The notes under the pieces were generated by a model. The model was not told where the DNA came from. It did no database searches and saw only the letters and a list, made by a program, of their open reading frames with translations. Shown piece by piece: positions 1 through 15,100 of a stretch of 64,000 nt of DNA. Source of the stretch: the human T2T-CHM13v2.0 reference genome, Homo sapiens. Both the position numbers and the translations under genes were made by a program. The stretch lies in assembly GCF_009914755.1 (NCBI RefSeq), contig NC_060929.1, one strand, 5' to 3'. Each line of letters starts with the position of its first letter. The first letter of the stretch is position 1.

Positions 1-73
1 TCATGGCTCTGTTCTGGAAGAATCTGCATTTTCAATATTAGTTTGTACTATGAAATATATCATATATATTAAA

Positions 74-75
<2 letters not shown>

Positions 76-111
<36 letters not shown>
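76..111. repeat. (GT)n microsatellite
   Basis: Perfect GT dinucleotide run of about 18 units. Confidence 0.95.
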
Positions 112-114
<3 letters not shown>

Positions 115-186
115 GGTGGTTTAACAAATACTTGTAGAATCACCCATGCACTCACTGCTGAGTTTAAGAGAGGACAGGAGAGGACA

Positions 187-478
187 GGTAGGGCGTGGTG
201 GCTCATGCCTATAATCCTAGCGCTTTGGGAGGCCAAGGCTCAGGAGTTCAAGACCAGTCTGGGCAACAGGGTGAAACCCTGTCTCTCCAAAAAATACACA
301 AGTTAGCCAGGTATGGTGGCTCACACCTGTAGTCCCAGCTACTTGGAAGGCTGACAAGGCAGGAGGATTGCTTGAGCCCATGAGGTCAAGGCTGCAGTGA
401 GCCAAGATTGTGTGACTGCCCTCCAGCATGGGCAAGAGAGTGAGACCCTGTCTCAAAAAAAAAAAAAAAAAAAAAAAA
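187..478 (+). mobile_element. Alu SINE, AluJ-like, with a short deletion in the left arm
   Basis: Dimeric Alu with J-type 'ggaggattgcttgagccc...aggctgcagtgagc' and an A-tail at 455-478. Confidence 0.85.
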
Positions 479-2009
479 GACAGTAAAACCAAGTTTATAA
501 TTATCTATGTATGTATGCTACCCCACTAGTCTGTGAGCTCATAAAAGGCAGAGAAAGTTCATTGTTCATCATTATGATCCTGGCTTTTAAAGAAGGCGAG
601 ACTATAAGGTGCACATTCATATAGCTGTATATAAGATATTGTTATAAAATTTCAGGTTTTTATCCTCATCTATTCTCTTTTGTTCAACTGTCTATGTAAA
701 AATAACTTTCTGCTTCAATACAGCGATACAGTATTTGTGAAATTTTTATGAAGTTCCCTTTGCTTTAGAAGCAAAGTTAAAACCTATTTATATACTGTTA
801 AGTTTTAGGATTTCATAACTATTATAGCTGCTATTCCTCTCTTTGTCATTTTATGCCTAAAATAATGTCTTCTGGTTCTTTGTATAAAGATCACAATAAA
901 ATAACCTGAGGTTTTTATGTATGGTTTAAGAAGTCAATGTATGCACATGATCACACTGTAACATGAGCTAATGATATACTTGTGGAAAATAACCTGATTT
1001 AAGAACTAAGGTAGGTATTATATTTTTGGTTCGGCTCCCAAGATCTAATCTGCTGTTTCTAAAGTTACTAAAATATTAGTCTTTTTAAATTATTTTTCCT
1101 TTAATTGGACTTTATTCCTTCATCATTTTATTTTCATCTATTATAATTATATTACTTTGCAATATGTATAATTTGTATGTTCTCTTATGCATATGGGCCT
1201 AATTTCTTTAGCAGATACTTTCCAAATATCACAGAAGCAGCTGGAGAACTTCTATGTTCTAATGTTTGTATTCACTGATACAAGAAGAAAATCAACCATA
1301 CAACAGGGGAGATAAGATGGTTGACAGCACTAAGCTGCCTTCACCAAGGAATGCTGATGGCTGCATTTTTGGCAACCATGATTTTGGCAACCATTTGGGC
1401 AACTTTCATGATTAAAAGGGAAAAAAAGCAGTCTTAGATTTCCACTGGCAACTTTAGGAATATACTTTGGAATAAATTTAATGGTATATCATCAAAACAT
1501 TTCACAATACATCTTAAGCACTACCAGCATTTCTTTGTGTTCAAAATTCATCCGAGAGTTAATTCCTCATGCTTAATAGCTTACAGCTATTAGTAACTAA
1601 AAGGCTAGTAATGCAGAAAGAGTCCTTGTGTTGTAAGGATAAATCCATCAATTCAGAAAATTATCTCAAAATCCATGGGTATATGTATATGGACTTTGGC
1701 AGCAAAGCAATGTATAAATATTCAACACATTCTGTTAGATATTTATGTTTATAAATATACTTTTAAAACCTAATAAAATGAGTAGAAATATCAAGGGCTC
1801 TATTAACATCTTCATTCCATCTAATGAAAAGCAAAATACAAATGTGCTAGAGTAATTAGGTGACTTACATTATCCTATTTTTTAGACTAAAACTAGAAAA
1901 TGAGGCATATATTTAGATACAAATGCAGCATATTAAGAAAGCTGAACATTTGCTATATGAAACAAGGTTCCAGAGAGATAGCATAGAATTTTTAAAAATA
2001 GTCTATTGG

Positions 2010-2518
2010 CTAAAGCATAATAATCTTGTCAAGGAAACTACTAGAAGGAAGGTGTCAGCCATTTTCTGGCACAAACACCTTGTTGCTGGTTTCACCTCAT
2101 TGGCATAAAGCATCAGTGGAGCCGGCAATTCTCTCTCCCTTCCCACTCACTCTTTCTTCATTTTCTCTGACACCTCGACTAGAAGCACATATGTCCAGCT
2201 CTACAAGGAAGAGGCAACAAGACTGACATAGATGAAAACTTACCCTCCCAGGCTTCTACCTCATGCTGTTTGCATTGATGCTAGTGATGGTGGGGTTCCC
2301 AGCTTGTGTTCACTGGGTTCTAGCTGGCTCATGGCATTCCCTTCCTGGCTAATGGACTGAGGGCTTTGTGCTCCAGCCTTACATGTGGAGACAGCCCTGC
2401 AGAGATTGCTTCACTAGCCCCACCAATTGCTTTATCCGACTTCCTGTAATAAGTCTGTCATCTAGCATCTATCAGTCTACTATTATTGCTGCTTCTCTGG
2501 TTGAACCCTGACTGGCAC
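2010..2518 (+). mobile_element. Old ERVL-class solo LTR (LTR41-like); left boundary approximate
   Basis: The 3' end 'ctgcttctctggttgaaccctgactggcaca' resembles LTR41/LTR16-type termini (recall). Confidence 0.4.
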
Positions 2519-2519
2519 A

Positions 2520-2567
2520 AGTAAGTCTAGTAAGTCTAGAAAGCCTAGTATGTCTAGTAAGTCTAGA
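2520..2567. repeat. 9-bp tandem repeat (AAGTCTAGT-like, about 5 units)
   Basis: 'agtaagtctagtaagtctagaaagcctagtatgtctagtaagtctaga' read directly. Confidence 0.8.
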
Positions 2568-2659
2568 AAAAAAAAGTTCTATGAATATCTAATTATTTAC
2601 CACTTTAGCTGATACCCCATCAAAGTCATCAAATATAAAAGTTCCCTAATGTTAGCAGT

Positions 2660-3215
2660 TTCCTAGTATTACCATCTTATGGAGCCATGATACCATTGTT
2701 AACAGTAAGAAATTAACACTATATTAGCAGTAACTAAATCGCAGACTTTATTTGGATATTACCAGTTTTCAGTTTTTACAATAATGTCCTTGTTGTGTTC
2801 CAGAGGCCAATCCAGGAAACCATATTAAATTTAATCATTACAGTTTTTTTAGTCTCCTCCAATCCGCAACCATTTCTTTGTATTTGTACTTTTTGTTTTC
2901 TTTTTTTCCCCATGACATTAAGGGTCATCGAGTGGGGTGGTCAAGAGGACAATATTAAAGAGTCCTCATCACATATTTCTTCAGTGCAATTCTCAATTTG
3001 GGTTCCATTGATTTTGTGTGTGTGTGTGATTAGAATGGGAGTATGTGTTTTCAGGAAGAAGAATACAAACATGAAAGCCCTCATCATTGTACTCTATCAG
3101 GGCACATGATATTAACATACTATCAACATCACTCACCATGGGGTAAAGGAATTATCTGCCAGAGGTCTTCACCTGAAAGCTACTAGTTTTTTTCTCCACT
3201 CTATTCTTTAAAAAG
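2660..3215 (-). mobile_element. Ancient L1MC-type 3' fragment; boundaries approximate
   Basis: Resembles the L1MC 3' UTR ('agactttatttggatattaccagttttc...aatccaggaaaccatatt'). Confidence 0.4.
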
Positions 3216-3621
3216 TTGCTTTTAAAATTTAAGATCTTTATTTTTTCCATCATGATTGAACAGTTACATGTTTTGTAAGTTTTTCAAAATTAGATGCAAT
3301 CCTGCAATAAAATATCAAAAATGTAAGTTAAAATAAATTAAACTAAAAATCTGAACATAAAAAATTTCCATAATACAACCTTATGTCTGGCTTATTAAAT
3401 GAGAGAGTGAGAAAGGAAACAAAGGTGTGTAGAGGGAAAGAACAAGGAAGAGAAAAAAATGGAAAGGAAAGAAAGATTGAATGAAAAAAAGGAAGGAAAA
3501 AAGAAAAGAAGGAAAAAAAATAAGAAAAAAGGCCCACAGCAATTTACAATAATGTGCCCAATGAAAAATGTGCATTGCTATTTATTCAGAATATCAGAAA
3601 ATGTTTTGCATATATACATAT

Positions 3622-4799
3622 AATTTGACTTTAAGTTCCGGGATACATGTGCTAAACGTGCAGATTTGTTACATAGGTATAATGTGCCATGTGATTTGCT
3701 GCACCTATCAACCCATCATCTGGGTTTTAAGCCCCACATGCATTAGGTATTTGTCCTAATGCTTTCCCTCCCCTTGCCCCCAACGCCCTGACAGGCCAAG
3801 GTTGTGATGTTCCTCTCCCTGTGTCCATGTGTTCTCATTGTTCAACTCCCACTTATGAGTGAGAACATGTGGTGTTTGGTTTTCTGTTCCTGTGTTAGTT
3901 TGCTGAGAATGTTGGTTTCCAGCTTCATCCCTGTTCCTGCAAGGTTCATGAACTCATTGCTTTTATGGCTGCATAGTATTCCATGGTGTATATGTGTCAC
4001 AATTTGTTTATCCAGTCTATCATTGATGGGCGTTTGGGTTGATTCCAAGTCTTTGCTATCATAAATAGTGCTGCAATAAACATACGTGTGCATGTGTAGA
4101 ATGATTTATCCAGTAATGGGATTGCCGGGTAAAATGGTATTTCTGGTTTTAGATCCTTGAGGAATCACCACACTGTCTTCCACAATGGTTGAACTAATTT
4201 ACACTCCCAGCAACAGTGTAAAAGCATTCCTATTTCTCGACATTCACTCCAGCATCTATTGTTTCCTGACTTTTTAATGATCATGAGATGGTATCTCATT
4301 GTGGTTTTGATTTGCATTTTTCTAATGACCAGTGATGATGAGCTTTTTTTCATGTTTCTTGGCCGCATAAATGCCTTCTTTTGAGAAGTATCTCTTCATG
4401 TCCTTTGCATGTTTTTTGATGGGGTGGTTTGTTTGTTTTTTTTCTTGTAAATTTGTTTAAGCTCCTTGTAGCTTCTGGATATACCTTTGTCAGATGGATG
4501 GATTACAAAAACTTTCTCCCATTCTGTAGGTTGCTTGGTCACTCTAATGATAGTTTCTTTGCTGTGCAGAAGCTCTTTAGTTTAATTGGATCCCATTTGT
4601 CAATTTTGGCTTTTGTTGCAATTGCTTTCGGTGTTTTAGTCATGAAGTCCTTGCCCATGCCTATGTCCTGAATGGTATTGCCTAGGTTTTCTTCTAGGGT
4701 TTCTATGGTTTTAGGTCTAACATTTAAGTCTTTAATCCATCTTTAGTTAATTTTTGTATAAGGCGTAAGGAAGGGGTCCAGTTTCTGTCTTCTGCATAT
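3622..4799 (-). mobile_element. 5'-truncated L1PA7/8-like LINE-1 (ORF2 C-terminus plus 3' UTR)
   Basis: Minus-strand ORFs give ORF2 C-terminal peptides ([35 protein letters not shown]) followed by an L1PA 3' UTR. Confidence 0.9.
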
Positions 4800-5074
4800 A
4801 GAGTTATTGCCTATTCTTTAACAAATCTCTAGGTAGTTAAAAAAAAACACAAATATTATATGGTAAATTATGTCTCCTCAAGAAACTTATATCATGAGAA
4901 ATTATCTGTGAATGCCTTCAAAACCATCCTGGAAATTGGTCAACAGCAGAAATGACCCTCACTTTTTCCCTCTCCAGTGTACACAAACACAAATACACAC
5001 AGATGTTGCATCATATACACAGTGCACATATTCACATATGATGGATGATGTGGTAATAGTAAATGTACCTGAAG

Positions 5075-5530
5075 AAGTGAGTTCAGGATTCGTGTTGCTC
5101 ACACTATGGTCTTTCACCCAAAGCCCACTTCTGGGTACTAAGCACTCATTACCCCCGCTGCAGGCTAGAAATGTTGTTTGTTGACACCTCACACCTGTGT
5201 CCCTCCCTGGCTATTGCTATTTCCCCAGGTTGTCACCCTCCTTGAGTGCAGTCTATAGCCAGTGACTATATGTGGCCAAAACAATCACTAGCTATGTTCG
5301 TTGAGGGGAGTCAGAGGAATCCTTTGTTTCCAATGTGATAAAGAATGAGCTGATAAGGGGGACAGAAGCACTGTTGAGAAGCTCAGTGGTGGCTTTTCTT
5401 TGCTGGCCAGGGTTTTGCATGGATGATATATACTCTTACAGGCGGTGTTTTTTGACAGTGCTTCCCTAATAACTACCTGCTTGTAAGTCTCCATCTCGGC
5501 ATCTATCTTAAGAAGACTGACCTATGACTT
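5075..5530 (+). mobile_element. Old ERVL solo LTR (LTR16-like); boundaries approximate
   Basis: Pattern similarity to LTR16 ('agtgactatatgtggc...gcttccctaataactacctgc...ctgacctatgac'). Confidence 0.35.
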
Positions 5531-6160
5531 CTGACTTTTCATCTGTGTCTTGGGATAAGAAATTGTCAGGGAATGGGTTATGCTTGGAATGGTCGTGACT
5601 GTTCAACTTCTTACACAACATATGCACATATACCCTACAATTAACTTCACATTTTAAGCACGTTCTGACTGAGATCAGCTACCCTGATTCTATCTATCTT
5701 CTTGTTTAATTAATATGTTGTGTGACATAAATTTAAAAGGAAGAGGCAAAAAATTAATTCAGGTTTCCTCATTGAGTTTTGAATAAGAATAAAACCATGG
5801 AACAAAGAAATTATCGAATGATTATTCATAGAAAAAATATTTTACTTGTGTTTTCTTCTATATTTTTGTTTTCAAAAATTTCTCCATTAATGGCAACTTC
5901 AAGAGGGCAAAAGGATGGACAAAAAGGTTTGGCTCACAGTTTAAACAAAAATCAACTCATTGTATCAGAAGATTAAAAAAGACTTTTTAAACACTTGTTT
6001 ATAATTTAATTATTTAAAACTTTTCCTGACCTACTACATAAAGATTTCAAAATTAATTCCCTTTGGAGAATGCACTTCACAGAGGAACAAAACATTATTT
6101 GACCTCTTTTAACTCATGTTGCAACCTAAGAGTGAGTTATTGTTTTAAAACATCATTTCT

Positions 6161-6165
6161 TTTTC

Positions 6166-6196
<31 letters not shown>

Positions 6197-6346
6197 TGAG
6201 ACTGAGTCTCGCTCTGTCGCCCAAGCTGGAGTGCAGTGGCGCGATATCTCTGCTCACTGCAAGCTCTGCCTCCCGGGTTCACACCATTCTCCTGCCTCAG
6301 CCTCCCAAGTAGCTGGGACTACAGGTGCCTGCCACCACGCCAGGCT

Positions 6347-6381
<35 letters not shown>

Positions 6382-6506
6382 TATTTTTAGTAGAGACAGG
6401 GTTTCGCCGTGTTAGCCAGGATGGTCTCAATCTCCTGACCTCGTGATCCGCCCGCCTCGGCCTCACAAAGTGCTGGGATTACAGGCGTGAGCCACCACGC
6501 CCAGCC
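6161..6506 (-). mobile_element. AluY with 16-bp TSD TTAAAACATCATTTCT
   Basis: Y-type diagnostics (gcaagctc, ttcacaccattctcc, ttagccaggatggtctc). TSD at 6145-6160 and 6509-6524. Confidence 0.92.
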
Positions 6507-7932
6507 GCTTAAAACATCATTTCTGTAGTTCTGCTTGAGTCCGACTACACTCCACTTTTCTATTTGGATGGTCATCTGTCTCAGCCTTTTTAGTAGCATT
6601 TTATTTGTACTAACTTTCTAACTTTATGTTTTTCCAGCAATGTTTTTCTTATGTTTCATTCCATGTGTCCTTTCTGATTCTTTTGATGTTAGAAAAAATA
6701 AATACTGTGCAGGAGGATCACTGAAGTTTTATAATGCAGACTCCAGCAGAACAGAAACTGAAATTAGGAAAGGTAGGCACACATATACACAGAGTCACTT
6801 GAGGCTGATAAATTATGACCACAACTGCAGCCAGTATCATTTAAGTACTCTTTAGTTTCTGATGATAAAGCTCTAGCTTATCACCATGCTGACAACTGCA
6901 AACCCCTGTGGCCCTTAGCTTCTGTCTTTGCTATTTGTTACCTAGTCAGCCACATGGAATTTAACAGCTTAGTAAAGTATCTTTCTAAGTAGACTTCCAG
7001 AAAAGACAGAACAAAGCTAGTAGGGGCTTATGTCTTGGTTAAAGACATTATTTCTTCCATTTAAGTTCCACTTCCCCATTGCAGAGAGAAAAAACAGGTA
7101 TGAAATTACTGTTTTGTCTGTAAATATCTCTACCCTGTTAACTATTGTTTTGAAGGAGAAAGAAAAAATTATTTGGGCTTGAATATTAAAAGTAAAAGAT
7201 TCCATGTTTAGTTCATAATTTCAGAATGATTATATATTTTGATTTGTGCTTGCTACTTCTACTTGAGAGAAAAGAATCTTTATGTCTACATGCTAAACAA
7301 AACATTATACTGCTAGAATTTCTTTTAAATAGGACTTAAAATTAAATATATGTATATTATTTTTCAATTATGGGCTCTTGATATTCAAATTAAGAATTAC
7401 AGGAGAACTAGGATAGCAACAGAGTAAAACAAAAGTTTTGATGGCAAATTAGCCTGCTTCATTTTGCCAGTTTTAGGATCATTATCTGCTACTTCTACAG
7501 GTCAATAAAGCAGGTAAGCCGAGAATACATTTATCCTTCTGATCAGGTAGATGTAAATGCGAATGTTCAAACAGTTTAGAATATTCTAAACTAAAGCAGT
7601 TCAGTTTAGAATATAGATAAGTATAAAAGAGGCAGAATATTTTTTAAATAGCCAGGCAATATTTTTCTTTTTAGGGTTATGTAAGTGTCTATCTTATGCC
7701 AGCAATCAACATGATGATATATTACCTGTTATATAACAATTTTAAGTAAATACTATATCTATTTCCATTAAATGAGCATTTGAATATTGCAGCAACTTTA
7801 AATTACATAATTTATAAAAATAAATATTGTATAATGAAAGTTTTACTTTAGTATTTTTCATCATTCCCTTTTATACTTCTGTTCTATCATTATCTAAAAA
7901 ATATACATAACTAGATAAGAAATCCTATTTTT

Positions 7933-8301
<369 letters not shown>

Positions 8302-9374
8302 TTACAGTTTTGCCATTGGCATCAGGCAAAGAAAATGGAGACTAAAAGTGATTTTGATGTGTTATCATCAAGCTAGATTCTAGTAACTTTAATAATGTGA
8401 GTGTTTTCTTTAGTAAGGTGATAGAATATTAATCAAAAAACTTTTTAAAATAAATCAGAATATTTTCTAGTGCTTGAAGGAGAAAATAATAAAGGGTGAA
8501 AACATGTAGTCAGATAATATTATGCTGACTTGAGAAGATTTCTTAGACAAAACCAAGTAATATTATTAATACTTTCCTCAGTTTTCCTTCTCTTTACTTG
8601 ATTATTTTCTCATGTCATGTAATTTATTCTAACTTGAGCATTAACTCATTCTCTTTTTTTTCTTTCCTATGGAAAAGGCTCTAAGAATCAGCATATACGC
8701 TAGTTATACATAATAGCAAGTAAATTGCATTTTTTTAGAGATATCTGCAGAAAAGAACCAATTTTTATTATCTTCATTACATATTCAAGTCTGGTTGGAA
8801 AATTTCATTCTAAAACTAGGTAATCAACCTACCTAAAGATTGTTCTTAAAGCTTTTTCATTAATGAACCTTTAGTGCAACCAGTGAAAGTTAAACTTTTC
8901 TCCAAGGGCCCATGTACTTAAAAGCAAACACAGATAAAATAATTTGCTCATAATTCCAGTAGGTTAATAGAACTTATGGACCCATCCATAGATTCAAATT
9001 AATCAAGCCCAAGCAAATCCTAGTTAAGTAATTTAAGACAACTTTAGAATCTTAATACATATTGATTTCACTTTAGCTTCTTTCTTGAGAGAATATCCAA
9101 TCTATCGCACCATCCAGAACATTACATTTGTTTTCTAGTTTTCTTAAATAATGTCCAGCTTTTAATCAAAACCACTCAGAGTACAGAAAGATTAGACTTA
9201 AGTTTTAACATTCAGTCAAAACAAACAGTAAAATTTGACCTAGGGTAAGAAGCAGTTATTGGAGTTATCAGCCAAAGACTTTTAAAAAAATGATTTATAG
9301 TCACAAAATCAAGAGAAAAGATGAGAAAAGTTGGCAGAGGTCAGTAAAACAAGTACATAAATAATGTTATTGTG

Positions 9375-9669
9375 GGCTGGATGCAGTGGCTCACACCTGT
9401 ATTTCTAGCACTTTGGGAGACCAAGGCAGGCAGATTGCTTGAGCTCAGGAGTTTGAGACCAGCCTGGGCAATATGGTGAAACCTCATCTATACAAAAAAT
9501 ACAAAAATAAGCCAGGCATGGTGGCACATGCCTGTAGTGCCAGCTAGGGAGGCTGAGGTGGGAGGATTGCTTGAGCCTAGAAGGTTGAGGCTACAGTGAG
9601 CCATAATCGAGCCACTTCACTCAAGCCTGAGCAACAGAGTGAGACTCTGCCTCAATAATAACAATAATA
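9375..9669 (+). mobile_element. AluJ with (AAT)n-derived tail
   Basis: J-type right arm. ATAATGTTATT is duplicated at 9361-9371 and 9670-9680. Confidence 0.85.
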
Positions 9670-9699
9670 ATAATGTTATTCTTAGTTATATGAAATATA

Positions 9700-12125
9700 A
9701 ACAAAGATACAGAAGTAATATTTTAAAATGCATCAAGATACAAATTCAAGAACAGTTATAAACTTCAGGAAGGGTAAATTTCTTCAAGCTTTTTTTAAAT
9801 AAATAAAACTTTCACGTTGGCACATCATTAAAGATTGCTGAAAACCAAACACAAAAAGAAAACTAAAAGAACCCAAATGGTGCGGGGTGGGATTATAACC
9901 TTCCAAAGTAAATGATTTTACTGAGAACTAACTTCACAAAAAAAGAAACAAACAAAAGAAAACAAAATATGAAAGACAAAGGAATGACATCGTCACAACA
10001 ATTTTTGAAAAATAATGGCCAATCTAGAGTACAAGACAACTTTTAAGTGATTCAAAATAGTAATGAAAAATGTTAAATGCTATGTCCATTGTGAACACCT
10101 TTGGACAATAAAGAAAAAAAATATTTCAAGCAACCAAAGAAAGTGACAGCATGTTACCACCAATAGAAAGAAATTAATACAATTTAATTATGTGGAAATA
10201 TAAAATAAAAAAGGAGTTTAAAAAAAGAAAGAAATGAAAGAAATAAAAATTCAAATATTTGACCAAACATAACAAGCCAGTACCATTAATAACAATATAT
10301 TGTGAGGTTACAAATTCAATAAAGTTTTAACTGAACAAGAGAACTCAAGGCAGAAGAGGTTAAATGGAGCAAAATACACAATAAAATACTAATTTATAAT
10401 ATTCTTTCATAGTCAGGGATGGATCTTGTAACCTCAAAGAAAATAATACTAATATATAATTGTCCAGTCATATTCATGCTTTTTACATCTATGGAGTCAA
10501 CCGATGGAGATCAAATGTATTTCCACAAAGAAACAAAAATATAAGTACAACTATACTGACCATTTACAGACTTGTTCTTGTAATTATTCCCTAACAATGC
10601 AGTATAACAACAATTTACATAACATTTACATTAAAGTAAGTATTGCAAGTAATCTAGAAATGATTTAAAGTACATGGGAGGATGTGTGTAAGTTACATGC
10701 AAATACTATATCCCAAATTTTGGTATCCAAGGGGGATCCTGGAACAAATCCCTTACAGATACTGAGGGATGATTGTTCTAAAAGAATACAGAAACAAAAA
10801 ACTAAGAGCAAATAAATAAATTCTAAAACTATAATTTATAAATGTGAAGAAAGGACAGAAAAAAGGGACATTAAATACCTCTGATGAATACATAAGAATG
10901 TGATTGTATACATAAATAAAAATATCTTCATTACACTAAATGCTAATGGTTAAAATATTCTAACTGAAATATAAATAAGTGCCATTTGCCACTTAAAAGA
11001 GACACAACTTTTTAAAAAGAATATAAAAATGTTAAATATAAAAGGACAGATGCAGTATACTGTATACATTTTAACTCAAAGAAAGCTACAGTAATATTAT
11101 ACAAATTGTTAGACTTTAAGGCAAGAAGCACTATTAGAGTATAAGAGGAATATGTCTAATAATAAAAGTGACAATGCCCAAAGGGGTTAAATTCTAATTT
11201 AGGTAATACTAATCAAAGAAAATTTGACAGAAATAAAAGTGGAACTGGACAAATTCACAAACAGAACAAAAAGCCTTTAAAACGTATTTTTCACATTATA
11301 GAATAAGAATACCAACACTCAGTAAATAGTTATAAAAATTTAACAGCATCAATAGCAAGCTTGAACTAATTAGTCTATGTATAATAGCACATTCCGACAT
11401 AGAATACTTTGATTTTTAAGTCAGAATGGAAAAATTAGCAAAATTAATCATATGTTGGGTCAGAAGACAAGTCTTAGGAGTTACAAAGGATTTAAATAAT
11501 AAAATATGATTTCCAAAATGACAAAAAATTAGTCTTCTGTACATGTATGTTATGAAGGAACAACATTAAATTGAACCAAGCAATTGAAAAAATAATCAAT
11601 ATAGGTGTAAAAATAATAAAATATAAAATAAATATACTATGAAGAAGATCAACAAATGAAAAATTATTATTTTATAAATGAGTTAAATGGTAAAAATTAT
11701 TTGACAAAATTAAAAAGACAAAAGATAGGCATAAATAACTAATATCAAGAATGATAAAGGAAATATTAGCAAAACTCCTGTAAAAATAAGATTATTTGAA
11801 AAATTATATATCAATTAACTTCAATATTTAGATTAAGTTCCCAGAAAAGGGCACATTATTAAAACTGGCAGAAATCTAAATCAAAATTTTGAAAAATAAT
11901 AATTTTCAGTTATATTTTCATTTAAAGACTATCAAAATAACACCAACCCAATGGGTTTTGCTTGTAAATTCTATGAAACTCTTACAGAAGAAAATACATC
12001 CATCTTACAAACAATTAATCAGAGCACAAAAAAATAGAAACACTTACATGAAAAAGTTTTTATGAGATCAGCTTAACCGTGATAACTAACCTGATAAGAC
12101 ACTACAAGAAAGAAAAGTTAGAGAA
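9700..12125 (+). mobile_element. Highly decayed ancient L1M fragments (ORF1/ORF2-derived)
   Basis: Strongly A-rich sense strand with remnants of ORF2 endonuclease-region motifs; interrupted by MER2. Confidence 0.5.
10465..10775 (-). mobile_element. MER2-like (TcMar-Tigger) DNA transposon
   Basis: 'aagtaatctagaaatgatttaaagtacatgggaggatgtg...gcaaatacta...cctggaacaaatccc...gatactgagggatgattg' matches the reverse complement of MER2 as recalled. Confidence 0.7.
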
Positions 12126-12134
12126 TTATGTTAT

Positions 12135-15100
12135 CAAGATGATGGAACGGAAGTCCCAATCCTCATCCCCACACAGTAACAATGATCAATTTAACAAAGA
12201 TATACAGAGCAAAATATATTTATAAGAAGTCCAGAATCCAATTAAAAAGTTGCTGTACACCAGAGAAACACAAAGCCAAAAACAGCCACATTGAAAAGAG
12301 TTAAAAAAGCAATTTCATTTTGTCCACATCAGCTCCTACCCCAAGGAGGAAGGGCTCAAAGCTGAGGGAAATCACCTCAGCCCCTCATTAGGGAGAAAGA
12401 GAGATTGGAGTGTACTTCCAACATCCCTGGCATTTTGCGCCACAACCTGAGGAGATCTTTATTTATTCTATTTCATCTGCAGCACTGAGGAAACTGGCAT
12501 GATTTAAATCCTTGGAGACAGCTAAGAAAAAAGAAGAAAAGTGAGTGGCTCGCTACAGCTGGTACAGCTCTGCAATATGGGGAGAAGTTACATGACTTAA
12601 GACTTCTCCTTTAAACGAGAGGGAGAGAAGTAGAGCATGAATATTCATAGGAAAATTTTGAGAGGCTCCCAGAACCTCTCGCTGGGCTGTCTGGTGAAGG
12701 TCTTTCCCTGTTACAGACAATATGTAAAAACTGGAAGAGGTGGCTGTTTCTTCAAATGTGTACATACCACTGCAAAGCTACAAGGAACATGAAGAATAAG
12801 GGAACATGGCCAAAGGAACAAATAAATCTCCAGTAATTGACCCTAAAGAAATGGAGTTTTATAAATTTTTGTGACAACGTATTCAAAATATTTGTCTTAA
12901 GGAAGTTTAATGAGTTGCAAGAGAATATAGATAGGCAACTATACAAAATCAGGAAAACAATACATGAAGAAAATTGGTATTTCAACAAAGATAAACCATA
13001 ACAAAGAATGAAAAAATCTATGAAGCTGAATAATACAATAACTGAAATGAAAAATTTAATAGAGAGCTTCAATAGTATACTTGATCAAGCAGAAGAAAGA
13101 AATCAGTAAATTTAAAGATAGGTCAGCCAGAGAAACAAAAAGAAAAAGGAATGAAAAAGAATGAAGAATACCTAAAGGACTTATAGGACCCACATACACA
13201 GTAAGGTTTCAAGAAGAAGAGCGAGAGAGAAGTAGAAACCTTATTTAAAGGGGGAAAATATGGCTTAATGCTCGCCAAGCTGAGAAAGGATATGTAGATC
13301 CATATTTTTGAGGCCAAAATATCAAACAGAATGAAACCACAGAAATTAACAGCAAGACACATTAAAATAAGATTGTCAAAAGTAAAAGACAAAAGGAGAA
13401 TTTTGAAAGTACAAGAGAAGAGCAACTTGTCACATGGGAGGGTTTCATAAGACTATCAGTTAATTTATCAGCAGAAACTTTGTGGCCAGGAGAAAGCGGG
13501 ACAATATATGGAAAGGGCTGAAATAAAAAGTCTTCCAAGGAAGAATACTATAACCAAAAATATTATCCTTCAAAAATGAAGAAGAAATATTTTGCCAGAC
13601 CAAAAAAGCTGAGGACCTGATTTATAAGAGATGCTATAGGGTGTTTTTCACACTGAAATAAAAAAGATGATAAACAGCAACACAAAATCATATGAAAGCA
13701 CAAACTCACTGGTAAATATGCAAATATGTAGAAAAACACAGAATATGGTAATAGTATATTTACTATTAATTTATTACAGAAGTTAAAAGACAATAATATT
13801 AAGAATATTAAAGCTACTAAAAATTTTAATAGATATACAATATTCAAATGTAAATGGTGGCATCAATAACAAAGTATGAGAGGGTGGGGAAGTAAAAGTG
13901 TTGGGTATTTATATGTGATCAAAATTTGATTGTTATCATCTTAAAATAGACTGTAATAACCATATTTTAGGTAAGCTTCATGGTAATCACAAAGATAACA
14001 CCTATAGAAGATGTCCAAAGAAAAACAGAAGAAATCAAAACATCACTACAAAAAATATCAATGAAACACAAAGGAAAACAGCAAGAGAGAAAAAGAAAAA
14101 CAACTATAAGACAGAATGCAATTAACAAAATAGCAATAGTAATTCTTCTCTACCACAAATTATTTTAAGTGGATTAAACTCTCCAGTCAAGATATATATA
14201 GTGATTTAATTATTCTTAAAAATAAAACAAAACCCAACTGTATGCTTTTTGCAAGACACTCACTTTATATTTAGGTATACACTTCAGCTGTAAGGTGAAG
14301 GCATGGAAAAGATAGTTTGTGCAAATGGGGAGCAAAAGAAAGAAGGGGTGGCTATAATTGTATTAGACAAATAGACTTTGAGTTGAAAACTGTAGCAAAA
14401 GACAAAGAAGAACATTTTATATTAATAAACGTCCAATTAATCAGGAAGATATGACACTTATAAATATGTATGCACCCAACATAAGTGCATTTAAATCTAC
14501 AAAGCAAATACTGACATCTCTGAAGGGAGGTGTAGACAGCAACAATAGTAGGAGATTTCGACATCTCATTTTCAATAATGGATGGAACATGCAGACAGAA
14601 AATAAGTAAATGGTAAATGTAAACAAAACTTTAGAAAAAGTCAAACTAACAGATATATACAGAGCATTCCAATCAATAACAATGGAGTATACAACTGTTC
14701 CCAAATGCACATGGAACATCCTCCAAAATAGATTATGTCTTAGATCACAGGATAAGTTGGAACACATTTAAGAAGACTGAAATTACGCTGAGTATCTTTT
14801 TTGACCACAATGGTATGAAACTAGAAGTCAACAGCAGAAGAAAAATTGGAAAATTTAGAAATACATGGAAATTAAACAACATACTCCTAAATAACCAATG
14901 GATTAAATGAGAGTTCAAAAGAGAATAATAAAAATATTTAATCAAATGAAGATGAAAATAAAATACACCAAAATATACGGCATGCATAAAAAGGAAGTTT
15001 TTACTCACAAATGTCTTCATTTAAGAAGACAAAATATCATGCAGTATTTGCCCTTCTGTGACTGGCTTATTTTACTAAGTTGTCACAAATGACAGGATTC

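Noticed and set aside
1367-1453. Four GGCAAC (RFX half-site-like) motifs, including TTTTGGCAACCAT twice
   Set aside because: No palindromic X-box; explained by a short tandem duplication.
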